A stretch of DNA of 63,664 nt, the filler included. It is 13 parts of 13 records of this genome, joined end to end, with 100 filler letters (N's around TTAATTAATTAA, not from the genome) between each part and the next. Parts side by side here need not be neighbours in the genome. Positions count along the whole stretch, not along the records: positions 33,287 to 37,400 come from SRR15195285_157; positions 37,501 to 44,505 come from SRR15195285_158; positions 44,606 to 49,809 come from SRR15195285_159; 10 more parts are not named here. The stretch is one strand, 5' to 3'. Below are positions 33,379-44,706 of this stretch, one piece after another (within the stretch, counting starts at the first letter, position 1; each line of letters begins with the position of its first letter). Made by a program: the position numbers and the translations under genes. Below the pieces are notes generated by a model, which saw only the letters and a list, made by a program, of their open reading frames with translations, searched no databases and had not been told where the DNA came from.

Positions 33379-36300
33379 ATGAGCGGCAAGGAGTACGAGC
33401 AGGTGGCGAAGGAGGAGTCGGTTGAGGTGTCGACCGAGGCTGGCGAGGAGCAGGCTGGCGAGGAGGGCGGGTGCTGCGGCGCGGTGCGTGGCGGGGGAGC
33501 CAACGCTCTTTTTCTCCTGCATGGGCGGTGCTCTTGTGTTTGCGCGCCTACCTGTAGCTCCTATCGCTCCGATGGGTCTGCTCCCATGGCAGTGCTTCTT
33601 TGTTTGTGCGCTCCTGTAGCTCCTTTTTGTAGCTCCCTTTTTAATGCCTCCTATCTGCAGCTCGTAGAGGTCTTCTTAGGAGGCGGGGTATACGTTTCGT
33701 GCTCACAGTTGTTCACGCTGTTGTGCTGCTCTGCCACTCCACGGCGTGCGCAGCTGTGCAAGAAAGACGAAGTTCCTCATGACGTCGACCCGGAGCGCCA
33801 CAACCACTGCCGCGATACCCTGTGCATTCTCATATTCGGCGCCTTCTGGGCGTTCCTCGTCGCAATGTTCGCGTTCGTGTGGGCGTACGGCGATTTGAAC
33901 CGCCTGGTCTATCCATCGGACTACAACGACTTCCTGTGTGGCATGAATACCGGCGACGTGTCCAGTGACGGCGCGGCATTGGCCTCACTTGGCAACTTGG
34001 AGGCGCGCACGTACGCAACCTTCCCGCGCCTTGCAGACGACGTGGCCTCCGTGATGCAGGGGAGCACCTGTGACGACGTGTCTGAATGCACGATTGAGCT
34101 GTTCTCGGTGTGCACAGAGACGTGCCCAAAGCAAGGAGATATAGTCTGCACGTACCAGATCGAAGAGACGAACCCGAGTGAGGCCGAGAGAAGAGACCTG
34201 GCACAGGCGGGCTCTACCGGCTCATCCTCGGGCTGCTGGTTCACGCCGATCGACACCGTCGCGTACTTCGGGCGATGCATCCCGTGGCCCGAGAAGCTAG
34301 CAACTGAGACATACACATGCAAGGACGCCAGTGATGACAGCGTGGAGCTCTACAAAGGCCCCGAGATGTGCTACAGCCCTGCCAGCCTACACAGCTCTAG
34401 CGCTGACGGTGGATCATGGGTTGACGATGATGACGACGACGTGTGCAAGGCGGTGATGGACCACAATGCGTGGAAGACGAACGCCGGGTGCGTCCCGGAC
34501 GACGAGTCTCACCCGCTCAGGGGTCACACCGTGCTTCGCAATCCGTGCCGTGTTCCAGACAACCGCGATCTCTGCTTGGGTACTTCTGGCTGCGCGTACG
34601 TTGGCCCATTCGGGACTCCTCCGCCAGGTCGGCGAGACAGCGATTGCTCTGGCGTCGTCTACAGAGTGCAACAGTCCAATGAGATGACAACTGGCGGTAG
34701 CGATATCCTGATGGCGATGCTCGTGTCGTACACGACAGTGGCACAGCAGATCTTTGAGGATGTCATCTCCACCAGCAGCCTGGTCTTGCTCTGCGGATCA
34801 CTCGTTAGCATCCTTCTGGGCTTCGGCTTCCTGTTGCTGCTGTACATTTTCGCTCCCTGCATCGTTTGGGGCCTTGTCATCGCAGTGTTCGGCGCCATCG
34901 GGCTGGCCGACGCGTATGTGTCTCTCAAAGCGGGCGAGTTTTTGATTTGGGATATTTCCAACCTCACGTCCACAATTCAATCTGAGGCGGAGATCATCAG
35001 CGCCAACACGGATCCGGGTCAAAATCTTGACGTCGACGAGTGGGCTGCAGTCAGTGACCCAGACAACATCGTGTACTGGAGAATTGCATCCTATGTCCTT
35101 ACCATTGTGTGGGTTATGTACGCTTGCTTGATGATCTGTGGTGTCGAGAAGATTCAGTTGTGCATCAAAGTCATCAAAAGCGCCAGCGACATGATCGGCA
35201 CGGTGCCGGGCGTCATCCTTGTGCCGGTTTTCATATATTCCCTGCAGCTCTGCTTCATGGTGTTCTTCGCCTTTTATATCATGATGCTCAAATCTGTTGA
35301 CTCGTTCACTGTTTCAGACTTAGCCGCAGCAGCGGAGGCTACTTGCCAGGGTACTTGCGATACGACAGATAGCAGTTGCCTGACAAATTGTGTCCAGGAA
35401 GCAACCGCCGGTCACGAGACTGGCATCGTGGCCGAGGCGACTCCGGAAGCCGCAGCTGACGCCGCAGAGGAGGACAATCTTGCCTTCTACATGATGTGGG
35501 TGGCATTTTTCGGCTTCCTCTGGACAGCCAACATGTTTGCGGGTATCGGCACCATCGTGATGTCACGTTCAGTGGCCGACAACTACTGGCATGATCCGGA
35601 AGACACGCACCCGCTGCCCACCATGCCGACTGTAAACGCGCTCAAAGGCACACTTTTCTACCACCTCGGCTCAGCAATATTTGGGGGGCTTCTCATTGCG
35701 ATTATTCAACTGATCCGGGCCATCATCGAGTACATTGATCGTCAAACCAAGGCGCTGCGGGAGCACAATCCCTCGCTTGAGTGTGTGTTCAAGGTTCTTG
35801 CTTGCTGTTCCTGGTGCGCCGAGAAAGTCGTGAAGTACCTCACCAGCAATGCCTACATCTGTGTTGCGATCACTGGCAAGGCATTCATGCCGTCAGCGTG
35901 GCAGGCGTTCAAGATCCTCCTGAAAAATCCGGCTCGCTGTGCCATCGTCCAGTCGGTCACGTTTCTGGTTGTGTGGCTCGGCAAGATCTGCATCACCTTC
36001 GGCGCAACATCCATCTTCTACTATACCATCACGACCGATCCCGCATATCTACAACCGACGCTGTGTGCCGAAGGCGTCAATTCGACTCGCGACGATGGTC
36101 TATGCGGCGGAGAGCACGAAGTTTCTGACCCCCGCCTGCCTTGCCTCTGCACTGCTGTCATGGCTTTCTTTGTAGCCAACGTGTTTATGGCTGCCTACGG
36201 CGTCACAGCCGACACGCTTCTCTTCTCGCTGTGCTTCGACGAGCAGTGGCAGGAGGAGGGGCTGTATGGCGACAAGCCTTTGTACTGGGTGCGCGGCGAG

Positions 36301-36420
36301 CAAGATAGCGACAAGTCCGCTCAGAAGCTAGATGAGTTCAAGGGGCACATCGATGACAACCAGAGCTCGTGGTGTGGAGGTAGCAAGAAAACCGAGGAGA
36401 GTGACTCGGCCAAGCCCTAA
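33379..36420 (+). CDS. Choline transporter-like (CTL/SLC44) protein; intron 33484-33753
   Basis: CRDTLCILIF, GDLNRLVYPSDY..LCG, YHLGSAIFGGLLIAI, YLTSNAYICVAITGKAF..SA, ADTLLFSLCFD. The in-frame 270-nt pyrimidine-rich GTGCGT...CAG segment is read through by the ORF track. Confidence 0.92.
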   Translation: MSGKEYEQVAKEESVEVSTEAGEEQAGEEGGCCGAVRGGGANALFLLHGRCSCVCAPTCSSYRSDGSAPMAVLLCLCAPVAPFCSSLFNASYLQLVEVFLGGGVYVSCSQLFTLLCCSATPRRAQLCKKDEVPHDVDPERHNHCRDTLCILIFGAFWAFLVAMFAFVWAYGDLNRLVYPSDYNDFLCGMNTGDVSSDGAALASLGNLEARTYATFPRLADDVASVMQGSTCDDVSECTIELFSVCTETCPKQGDIVCTYQIEETNPSEAERRDLAQAGSTGSSSGCWFTPIDTVAYFGRCIPWPEKLATETYTCKDASDDSVELYKGPEMCYSPASLHSSSADGGSWVDDDDDDVCKAVMDHNAWKTNAGCVPDDESHPLRGHTVLRNPCRVPDNRDLCLGTSGCAYVGPFGTPPPGRRDSDCSGVVYRVQQSNEMTTGGSDILMAMLVSYTTVAQQIFEDVISTSSLVLLCGSLVSILLGFGFLLLLYIFAPCIVWGLVIAVFGAIGLADAYVSLKAGEFLIWDISNLTSTIQSEAEIISANTDPGQNLDVDEWAAVSDPDNIVYWRIASYVLTIVWVMYACLMICGVEKIQLCIKVIKSASDMIGTVPGVILVPVFIYSLQLCFMVFFAFYIMMLKSVDSFTVSDLAAAAEATCQGTCDTTDSSCLTNCVQEATAGHETGIVAEATPEAAADAAEEDNLAFYMMWVAFFGFLWTANMFAGIGTIVMSRSVADNYWHDPEDTHPLPTMPTVNALKGTLFYHLGSAIFGGLLIAIIQLIRAIIEYIDRQTKALREHNPSLECVFKVLACCSWCAEKVVKYLTSNAYICVAITGKAFMPSAWQAFKILLKNPARCAIVQSVTFLVVWLGKICITFGATSIFYYTITTDPAYLQPTLCAEGVNSTRDDGLCGGEHEVSDPRLPCLCTAVMAFFVANVFMAAYGVTADTLLFSLCFDEQWQEEGLYGDKPLYWVRGEQDSDKSAQKLDEFKGHIDDNQSSWCGGSKKTEESDSAKP

Positions 36421-36503
36421 GTACACGAGGATGTGGTGGGGCAGTCTTATTGGCGAACCGAGTGGGTAGGCGTGCTGGATCAAACAAAGCCCTCGTCACG
36501 AGG

Positions 36504-36594
36504 CGGGGTTGTTGCATGTAAAGAGTCGGGGTTGTTGCATGTCTGACTAGCTTCGTCTTAGTCAGGGTTGCTGCATGTCTGACTAGCTTCGTCT
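36504..36594. repeat. Imperfect local tandem duplications in the 3' UTR/intergenic region
   Basis: CGGGGTTGTTGCATGT occurs twice (36504, 36527) and GGGTTGYTGCATGTCTGACTAGCTTCGTCT occurs twice (36529, 36565). Confidence 0.85.
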
Positions 36595-36809
36595 GCAGCG
36601 ACTCACTAACTAGTGCCCTTCGTATGACGAACGGGCACATCATCGGTACCGGACCCAGCGATGCTGCGGTCGTGTAACGCCTTGGCCGCGAGTCTGGCTG
36701 CAAGGCCGCTGCATCCCGGCGAGACAGCCAAGGCTCAGCTCACTTTTACCGGGTACGATGATCCGCTTCCTGGAACGAGTTTTGAGTGGTAGCTGCTCAC
36801 CAGCAGTCC

Positions 36810-37274
36810 TCACTGCGACAGCGAAGTCGATGGTGGCACTGACGCTGCGATGACACGCGTCGCGCATCGAACGAACACGTCCAGCTGTTTCTCGACGCAT
36901 ACGGTGCCCTGCTCTCCAGATGAGCAGTGCGACAACCGATCCCGCAGCCCCGCCCGATCGCAGCGTGTTGCAATAGCGTCTCGTACCGTTCCAGCTCGCG
37001 CCTCGGCCAGCCGAGACTCGTGCGCCTCGGGTGCGCAATGGCCCCGGCCGCATGGCAAAAGCTCATGAGAAATGCCCAGGACCCACAGGCCTCGGACAAA
37101 CTTGGAGGCAACCGCAACCCGAGTCCTGCAGGTGTCCATCTGCCGCGCCGCCTCGCGCTCGACGGCGTCGAACAGCAGACCGTCCACTCTCCTGGCAACC
37201 TTCGCCTCATGCTTCTCAGCGGCGCTGGCCGCCTTCCGGTCGTAGCCAAGCGGGCAGCCGCCAGCGGACGACAT
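36810..37274 (-). CDS. Hypothetical helical Cys-containing protein (154 aa)
   Basis: ATG-started ORF with protein-like composition and spaced Cys pairs (Cx11C, Cx10C); no recognised family. Confidence 0.4.
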   Translation of the reverse strand: MSSAGGCPLGYDRKAASAAEKHEAKVARRVDGLLFDAVEREAARQMDTCRTRVAVASKFVRGLWVLGISHELLPCGRGHCAPEAHESRLAEARAGTVRDAIATRCDRAGLRDRLSHCSSGEQGTVCVEKQLDVFVRCATRVIAASVPPSTSLSQ

Positions 37275-37286
37275 AAGCTAGCTGGT

Positions 37287-37322
37287 CAGCCTGACCACCA
37301 GCCTGACCACCAGCCTGACCAC
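37287..37322. repeat. Tandem repeat (CAGCCTGACCAC)x3
   Basis: Three exact 12-nt copies immediately upstream of the 37274 ATG on the minus strand. Confidence 0.9.
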
Positions 37323-37500
37323 TAGCCCTGTACGTAGCGGTACCGGAATGTCGTCCACCCGCTGGATTCGCTGGGAGTACGGAAAACTCACTGAGAACTG
37401 NNNNNNNNNNNNNNNNNNNNNNNNNNNNNNNNNNNNNNNNNNNNTTAATTAATTAANNNNNNNNNNNNNNNNNNNNNNNNNNNNNNNNNNNNNNNNNNNN

Positions 37501-40148
37501 GCCGGAGCCGGAGCCGGAGCCGGAGCCAGCCTTGGAGCTGGAGCTGAGGTCGGAACTGGAATCGAAGCCGCAGCACACGATCTCAGACAAGCCAGATCCA
37601 CAGCCGTCGCATAGGTCGCAGCGTTTGAGTCGGACACGTGCGCACACAGATGGCGCAGCGCTTTCCAGTGGTCGTGATGAAATGATCGAGGGTGCATCCA
37701 GTGGCAACGATGACGTCCTTGCATTCAAGAAGCGGAGAAAACGACTTGTGAGCTACGCTAAATATCCGGCTTCTGGGTCGGACGACGACATACAGCTCGG
37801 TAAAAGGAAGTCGACTTCGTCCGAGAAGTCGGATGCGGTGCTCATGACAGAGTCAACACAGCAGCTGCTCCAGAAAACAACGCGTGTGACAATGAACACA
37901 GACAGCGAGAAGGCGATGGCACAGGAGATTCAGCGGCTAGCACAGCTGGAGGCGAAACAAAAGAAGTGGGCCTGGCTCACCTCGCTAAGGCTCATGCCAA
38001 CGCTGACCATCATCGCTGGCTTCATCTTTATTATCCTCCAGCCCGACCTCGTCTGTTGGGCTTTGTACAGCGGATCCAGCTCGTTTTGGAGCACCGACAT
38101 GAAGATTGAAGAAGTGTGCCAAGGGCATTCAGGTCTTGCAGTCTTTCTTGGGGCCGGTCAAGAAATCGTGCCGGATCCTGAGCCTGAACTGCCAATACGT
38201 GCCGTGGCGAACCCTGGGTCGCCAAACCTTTCTGAAGCTGAAATCGCCCTGCTTATTGAGGCCGTTCGTAATGGCAACGATGCAATCAACTTGTTGGTTG
38301 CCACCTCGCTACAATCTGGCGGCGTGTCCAACACGTCAGCTTTGGCCCTGTTTGGGGTGAGCGGCAGTACAGCTTACACAGACGGCAGCTTGGTGCAGCA
38401 GTTTGACGTAAACGATGCGATTTCAAATTATCTTGCGGTGGTGGGTCTAATATACGCACTCATCTTTTCACAGCAGTATGCAAGCGCAATCTCCCGGCAG
38501 CGAGAGATCGAAGACAGCTTGGCTACCGAGGCAGGTGGAATTCAGATCTGCATGAATCTAGTTCGAATTCTGGATGATCGCAGCAAATACAATTCTGCAA
38601 AGGTCAAGGTCCTACTTCTGTTGTCAAGCTACGTGGAGGATCTCGCCAGCCACATTGCAGTGGTCGCTGGGTACGTATCCACAGTCTCATTGCCTCAGTG
38701 TACTCGTCGTCATCTTCATCATCGTCCTCCTCCTCCGCCACTGCTACTGCCGCCGCCCACCACCATTCCAATTACGTGCTGAGCTGAGCTGACTTGCACT
38801 ACAGGCGGGAAGCTGCGAAAGACGATGCGTACTTGCCATTGGAATCATTGTATTCGGTGGTGCCGATCTTAGCAGAAATCAGCCAGGATGGTAGAGATGA
38901 ATTAGGCGTCAAAGGTGATAACATCGATCGACTGCTGCTTGAGCGCAACCTAGATCTCATCAATCAGGTACGCGTGTCCCGACGCAAGTGTCTTTGAAAG
39001 ACACTTGTGTCTTTCTTTCTCTTGTTTGCGTCCGCCTCGGATTTTGAATAGGCAAATCGTTGTGAGGCAGGTAGTACAAGCACGCCAGTCTCGTCTCACG
39101 TCTGAGAAGCGCAGAATCTCAATGTGGGTCTGGGCGCTTTTGTTTATCTTGGCGATGTCGACTCTCTGGGGAGTCATCATGATCCAAGGCGGCTCCTCGG
39201 CGCTCAATCGCACGTTTTGTGTCGTGACCCTTATTGTCATGACCGGAGGATTTATGGTGAGCTCACCATAAATCACAAACAGCGTTCTGTTGAACTTCCG
39301 ATCCAGCATCAGCAATAATTTAACAGACATTGTGCGTCAGGTCCTGGCCGACATGGAGCAGCCATTTGGTGGCTTTGTACAGATCGACGTCGCTAGCTTC
39401 CATACAATTCGGAAGGACATCCGCATTGTCCTGCGATCTGCACACCTGACGCAGCTCGAGCAGGTAGCGGACCAGGGGCAAGACCTGACCACTTCGCAGA
39501 CCTCGATGCTGCAGGAGCACAAGCGAATGTCTGCACGGGGCAAGTCTGTTGCGATGCTCGACACTGGCAACGCGCTTGCAAACGCAGAGCGGCGGCTGAC
39601 CGCCAGTCCACACGTTGCTCCGGTACCGACACGGCGGAGATCAGTCACCGAACTATTTGCCCGAACTCCGCGGGTGCGCTATTCTCTCGGCATCTTGTTT
39701 CCTCTGGGAGAGCGCGTGCGCCGTTCGCTTGCCCGTGCACCCCCTGTCACGGATGTTTACAGACTCTGAACTGATTTTCTTTGGCAGAGAGACGAAGAAG
39801 AGGGCGATGGAGGGCAGGCATTTGTGGCACAATTCGCATCCATGGTCTCAGATGATGGTGCGGCGCATCATTTTTAGACGTAGCAGTAGAGTTTGGAACC
39901 CGAGGCGATGGTTTCAGCGCCCTGACTGTGAATCGCTGGACATGTTGCTCTCAGGTACAGTACACGAACCAAAAGATTCAGAGACCCGCAAATCGGAGGC
40001 GAGCACGGTAGATCCTTTGCTGTCACCAGCGGTCCTAGAGAGGATGAAACAACGCCGCGCTTCGATCCAACCGCAACTCGCCCCAAGACGCAGCAACTCC
40101 ATCGACCTCAGCTCTTTTGGGAAGGGCTTAGTGATTGACACATTTTAG
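37501..40148 (+). CDS. Membrane protein with a DUF4239/bestrophin-like domain, 5' partial; introns 38671-38804, 38968-39070, 39257-39340, 39674-39787, 39858-39954
   Basis: Starts in a PEPEPE repeat. YLAVVGLIYALIF...LATEAGGI and spliced VLADMEQPFGGFVQID. Five GT-AG introns give one continuous frame. Confidence 0.7.
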
Positions 40149-40391
40149 ACTACTTCGTCAGCTGAGGTAGGCCATTCAGGGCGTTGTAATTATCATAGGC
40201 TGAGCGTTGCTGAAAATCACGGACACCTACGCTAAACATTTAAGTCTTGGATCGCAGAGCGGAGCCATGAGCGCCTGGTATGTGGACGGCATGCGTTTGC
40301 ACAGACCTAGCAGATGAATTTCGAATTGAGTGTCCACGCTCGGACCGATTTTGTTTGTCACATTCACATGCATACCCCCCGCGCTTGTACC

Positions 40392-40834
40392 GTACCCTGG
40401 GCATGGTGACACCGGGCATAAGGCGCCTTGTGCCCGGTGTCACTGCAGCTGTACTTTACCATTCCGGAAATCCAAGAAGCGCCCTCCACACCACTGGCCC
40501 GGTGGTAGCAGTCACCGTCCAAGCGCCGGGGGATCGGTGAATGCATGTTCGAGGGTACTCTAAGGTAGGGAAAGGCCAATAGTGTACACTACAAGGCCAC
40601 CGCGAAATCAAGGGTGTCACAAAAGCGGTATGCGCCATATACTATTCCTAGTCTGGGTGGCTTTGGGATGTGTACCGTGTGTTTCACTTGAGTGTCGCGC
40701 CGGGCTTCTGTTTCGTCTCGGCGGGGCTGCCCCGCGCGGCACCAGCACCTAGAGCGAGACGAAGCCCTGAAGCAGACCCAAACCAACCAGTGCCTTCATC
40801 ACCCGACCCGGGTATGCTTAGCTGTAGAATAAGC
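40392..40834 (+). ncRNA. Candidate structured non-coding RNA or structured element of unknown family
   Basis: At least nine hand-identified helices, including a 38-nt near-perfect palindrome (40406-40443). Irregular pairs are G-U on the + strand. Confidence 0.4.
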
Positions 40835-41050
40835 TCGCAATGCCACCCTCAGCGTGTCCACGGCATCAACCCTTTAAAGTCCATGGTCATGCTATGAAGA
40901 GGGCCCCGGTGCTGAATGAACAAGTACAGCCTGTGTTCTATATTGCTTACACCCCGCTTACCTTCCGACTGTAGTGAGGGTTGCGAGGGATGCACTTGCG
41001 AATCATGACTGAGCTTGGACGAAAGTGACCTCACTATCGTTGTCGTCACT

Positions 41051-44000
41051 TCACTCAAGCAAGGAGAGCTCACCATGCGCGCTGCTCAATAGCAACGTCC
41101 CATCGCCCGCAATTGTCGCCACCGCCAGCGCATTCGCCCCGCCAATCGCATCCAACTGGCATGTCGTACTATTCCCCGTGCTGTCGGTCATGATCAGTGT
41201 AGATCCCGAGGGTACCCTGTACATGCAGTAGTGAGTGGCTCGAGATTCAACCAAACAAGCCCAGAGTGCAATGAATGCGAAATTCCTTACCATGCCGTGC
41301 CGCCGACATCGATAGTTAGGGCCGCCGCGCTTACGACGCCCACACCACATCCAGGACCAGTTTTGTACGGCCACACTTCCTCGCCGGTATTTATGACCAA
41401 CTTGGCTACTTTGTCCGACCCGCAGCCTGGCGTGTTGCCGCTTATCAGCAGCACGTGCTTGCCATCTGAAGTGATTGCACCCATGGTTGAATGAAAAGTG
41501 GACATGTTCTTTGCCCACAAGATCTTTCCTGCAACAGACACCGCCGTAGCCAGTCCACCGCCGGAGGCGCCGTAAATGACGGTGCCAGATGGAGCAACAG
41601 TCGGGGATGTGTAGATCACTTGTTGGGTCTGGACAACCCACCGCTCTTTCCCTACACAATCATTCATCAAAGGTGTTACAAGCTGCATGAAGGTGAAATG
41701 AAACAAGTGGATCATGCCATACCAGTTGCAGCATCAAGAGCGTAGAGCGCCCGCCCTGCTGGAAAGTGAATCACAGTGCCATCGGCGCTCACAGCTGGTG
41801 TCGCCCTCACTTGAGCCATCGTCCCAGAGTCCTTGTCCACAGCTTGATATTTCCATTTCTGCTTCCCATTCATTGTGTTAAAGGCATACACACATCCGTC
41901 CCATGCTCCCACGTAACCTGTCTCAGGCTTCGACTGGCCACTGTGAGTTGCTAGTACAACGCTGCCCGTCACAGGTGCGCGACCAGTGCCGCCATCCATC
42001 CCTCTCACCACACTTCCCGTCTCGAAACTCCACACGAGTGAACCGTCGGCTACACTGAACGCGTACACCGTTCCCGCGCCCGTGCCTGCAATCACAAGAT
42101 CGTCACCAGATGAAGCAGGCGCGATCGCCGGCGTGCTGAAGAATTCGGATTTCTGTGAGGTATTAACGGCTGTGTCAAATTTCCAAATACTGTCACCATC
42201 GCTCATGGAGACTGCCCAGAGGCTGCTGCCACTGCCCACAAAGGCACGCCCACTGTGATGCACAGCAACGCTGGACTCTGTCATCCCATTCCAGCTGTGG
42301 TTATCGTGTCCCATGGCATTGATCCATTTCACCGCCGTGGGGCACTTAGAGGGTCCCATGTAGGATGACCGACCGGTGTGACTAGAATCCAATCCTCGCA
42401 TCGCCACGACAACAGTGGCATTGGTCGATCCAGAGCGATTTGACATCGCCGTTGGGTGGCTTAGCACCACATCATCTATACTGTTGTCCAGAGTCGAAGG
42501 ACCAGGAACCGAGGGCGGCACGGGCACCGTCTGTGGCTGATGCTGTGTGCGGCTGCTGCGGCTTTGGGCATGCTTTGGTGGGACCAGTGCTGTTCGAAAT
42601 TTGCTTGCCTGCGCTGCTGCAAACTTTGCTGCCATCACTGCATCGTTCGCACTGATCTCATATTTCGCTGCAAGTGACTGCGCTAGTCCACGGTCGGTGA
42701 TTGGGGTCAGGCGCAGCATCCTGACACCATGAACAGGAACGTCTACTGTGATATTTCCTGCGAGAGAAAGAGTCCCGTCAGTGCTACAGGCTTCATGCAA
42801 CCACACATCTCGGCAGCTGATCTTCGTCACCAGTTGGTCATCCGCTTCCACATTGTCGAAGTCCCCTAGCAAGCTCAGAGGGAACTGCACAGCGTTCTGC
42901 GCTGTTGAGCCACCGTTGAGAAATAGCAAGACCTTGGCTCCGGCTTCGAGCGGACCTGCCCACACTTCGACAGCAGCGCCAGGAAAGGCAATGCGAGAGG
43001 CAGGCATCGCTAGCGGATCTTGTGAAATTGCTATGGCCTCCTTGTTGAGAAAGATCTCATAAGCGTCTGCTGCTGTTCCATTCATCACCTGTGCGTTCGA
43101 AAGATCGCATCCGAGCAAAAGCGGCGCTTTGGCGATACACCACAGTGAGAACTGCGTCGTGTATTCTGTCTTGTTCTGCCCTCCATTTCCAATCTCCAAC
43201 ATGTCCAAGTCATTGAAAAATCCACCTTGGCCTGGCACTGCCCGAATCTCAGTCACATTCGGGGCCGTGTGAAACTCGCCTAATGTTGCTCCAAACGAGT
43301 CACCAATATCCCCTCCCACACGACGTGCATTGGAGACATTACGTGCGTCCCACGGAGCAACCAAAGAAGGATTCTCGATGGAGAAAAACATGGGCCTACG
43401 CGTGGCCTTGAGGCCTGTGAAAAACCGCTCATACAGGAGGTAACCAACACCCTCTAGATTTTGATTGATGCCCCCTCCTTTGATGTTGGGAGTTTGCGGA
43501 TAACACGCATCGTTTTTGACGTAATCAACACCCCCTGTCAATGACGTCAAGTTGGCGCGATATCGTGAGTGATACCGGCAATGAATGCTAGCTGGATCTA
43601 GCACACACGGTATACCTCTCTGGGTGGTAGCTACGGATGTGTGCGCACGAGGTCAGCGCAGAGGAGAAAGCAACTCACAGTCGGCAAACGTCTGGGCGTC
43701 AGTGAACTCGTTGTCCAAGGTGCCGGGACGATCTTGGCATGTACGGTAGCCGGAATCAACGTAGATGCCGAACTTGTTGCCCTCAGCGTGGATGTCGGAG
43801 CAAAGCTGCTTAATTCCGCTGGGGAAGATGTGCGGGTCCGCTTGAAGGCGACCTTCCGTGTCGCGGAATTGAGCTTGCCAGCAGTCATCGATGTTGACGT
43901 ACTCGTATCCTGCGGCAGCGACTCCCGTCGTTGTGTACAGCCGTGAAATGTTGCGCAGGATAGCTTCGTTGACGGCACAGTGATAGTGATTCCAGGCTGC

Positions 44001-44294
44001 ATTGGTAGACAACACAACCGCGCCCGCCGTGAGACGTAGTCGGTTTTGTAGCTGCTGCGTGCGCGACTATTACCAATATACGACCACAGCTGCCGTGCAA
44101 AGTGCTAAAGGAAGTGGTGGGGAACTGGGGGCTGCATGCATCGCACAGTTCCATCCCATTGGCGGGGTGGCAGCCACACTGGTCGCGTTGGGTGCAGTGC
44201 CAATTGGTACATGGGCAGCTGCAGCAACGGCTGTGACAGATACTAGCCATACTGCTAGTGGTAGCATCTTCAGCGTCAGCGTAAGCAGCAGCAT
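41051..44294 (-). CDS. Secreted GH27 alpha-galactosidase/NAGA fused to a C-terminal PQQ/BamB-type beta-propeller; introns 43997-44146, 43535-43678, 41652-41722, 41217-41290
   Basis: TPPMGWN|SWN, YVNIDDCW, FPSGIK, W|GVDYVKND, RVGGDI, FNDLDMLEIGNG, APLLLGCDL; then repeats like VYAFSVADGSLVWSFETG and VYAFNTMNGKQKWKY. Confidence 0.9.
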
Positions 44295-44706
44295 TGCGAG
44301 GGACACGGAGTGCGCGGTCTGGATTTGCTTGACGTTTGCCTCTGCCAGCACCCGCTCCTATTGCATTGAACACACACGTACAGTATGATCGATCGCGATC
44401 CACTACCAGCGTACTATTCATATATTCGAATAGTACATCGCACCGGCGAGCGCGCGCGCGCGCGCGCGCGCGTACGTTGTCGATCGCGCGCGTGCTGTCA
44501 TTCTGNNNNNNNNNNNNNNNNNNNNNNNNNNNNNNNNNNNNNNNNNNNNTTAATTAATTAANNNNNNNNNNNNNNNNNNNNNNNNNNNNNNNNNNNNNNN
44601 NNNNNCTGATCTCAAGAGTAGCACATGTACCGGTACAGTACTGTACCCGGGTAGGGGACACTATCTTGCTACACTTTGTTTACAAATCCAGTCATTACAA
44701 TTTGCA

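Noticed and set aside
33484-33753. Cys-rich N-terminal insertion in the choline transporter (likewise 59320-59412 in the GT gene)
   Set aside because: Stop-free, in-frame GT-AG introns read through by the ORF finder.
40622-40682. Group II intron domain V look-alike (AGCGGTATGCG...GTACCGT)
   Set aside because: The upper stem is far too long, there is no GNRA loop or AC bulge in register, no domain VI, and no RT ORF.
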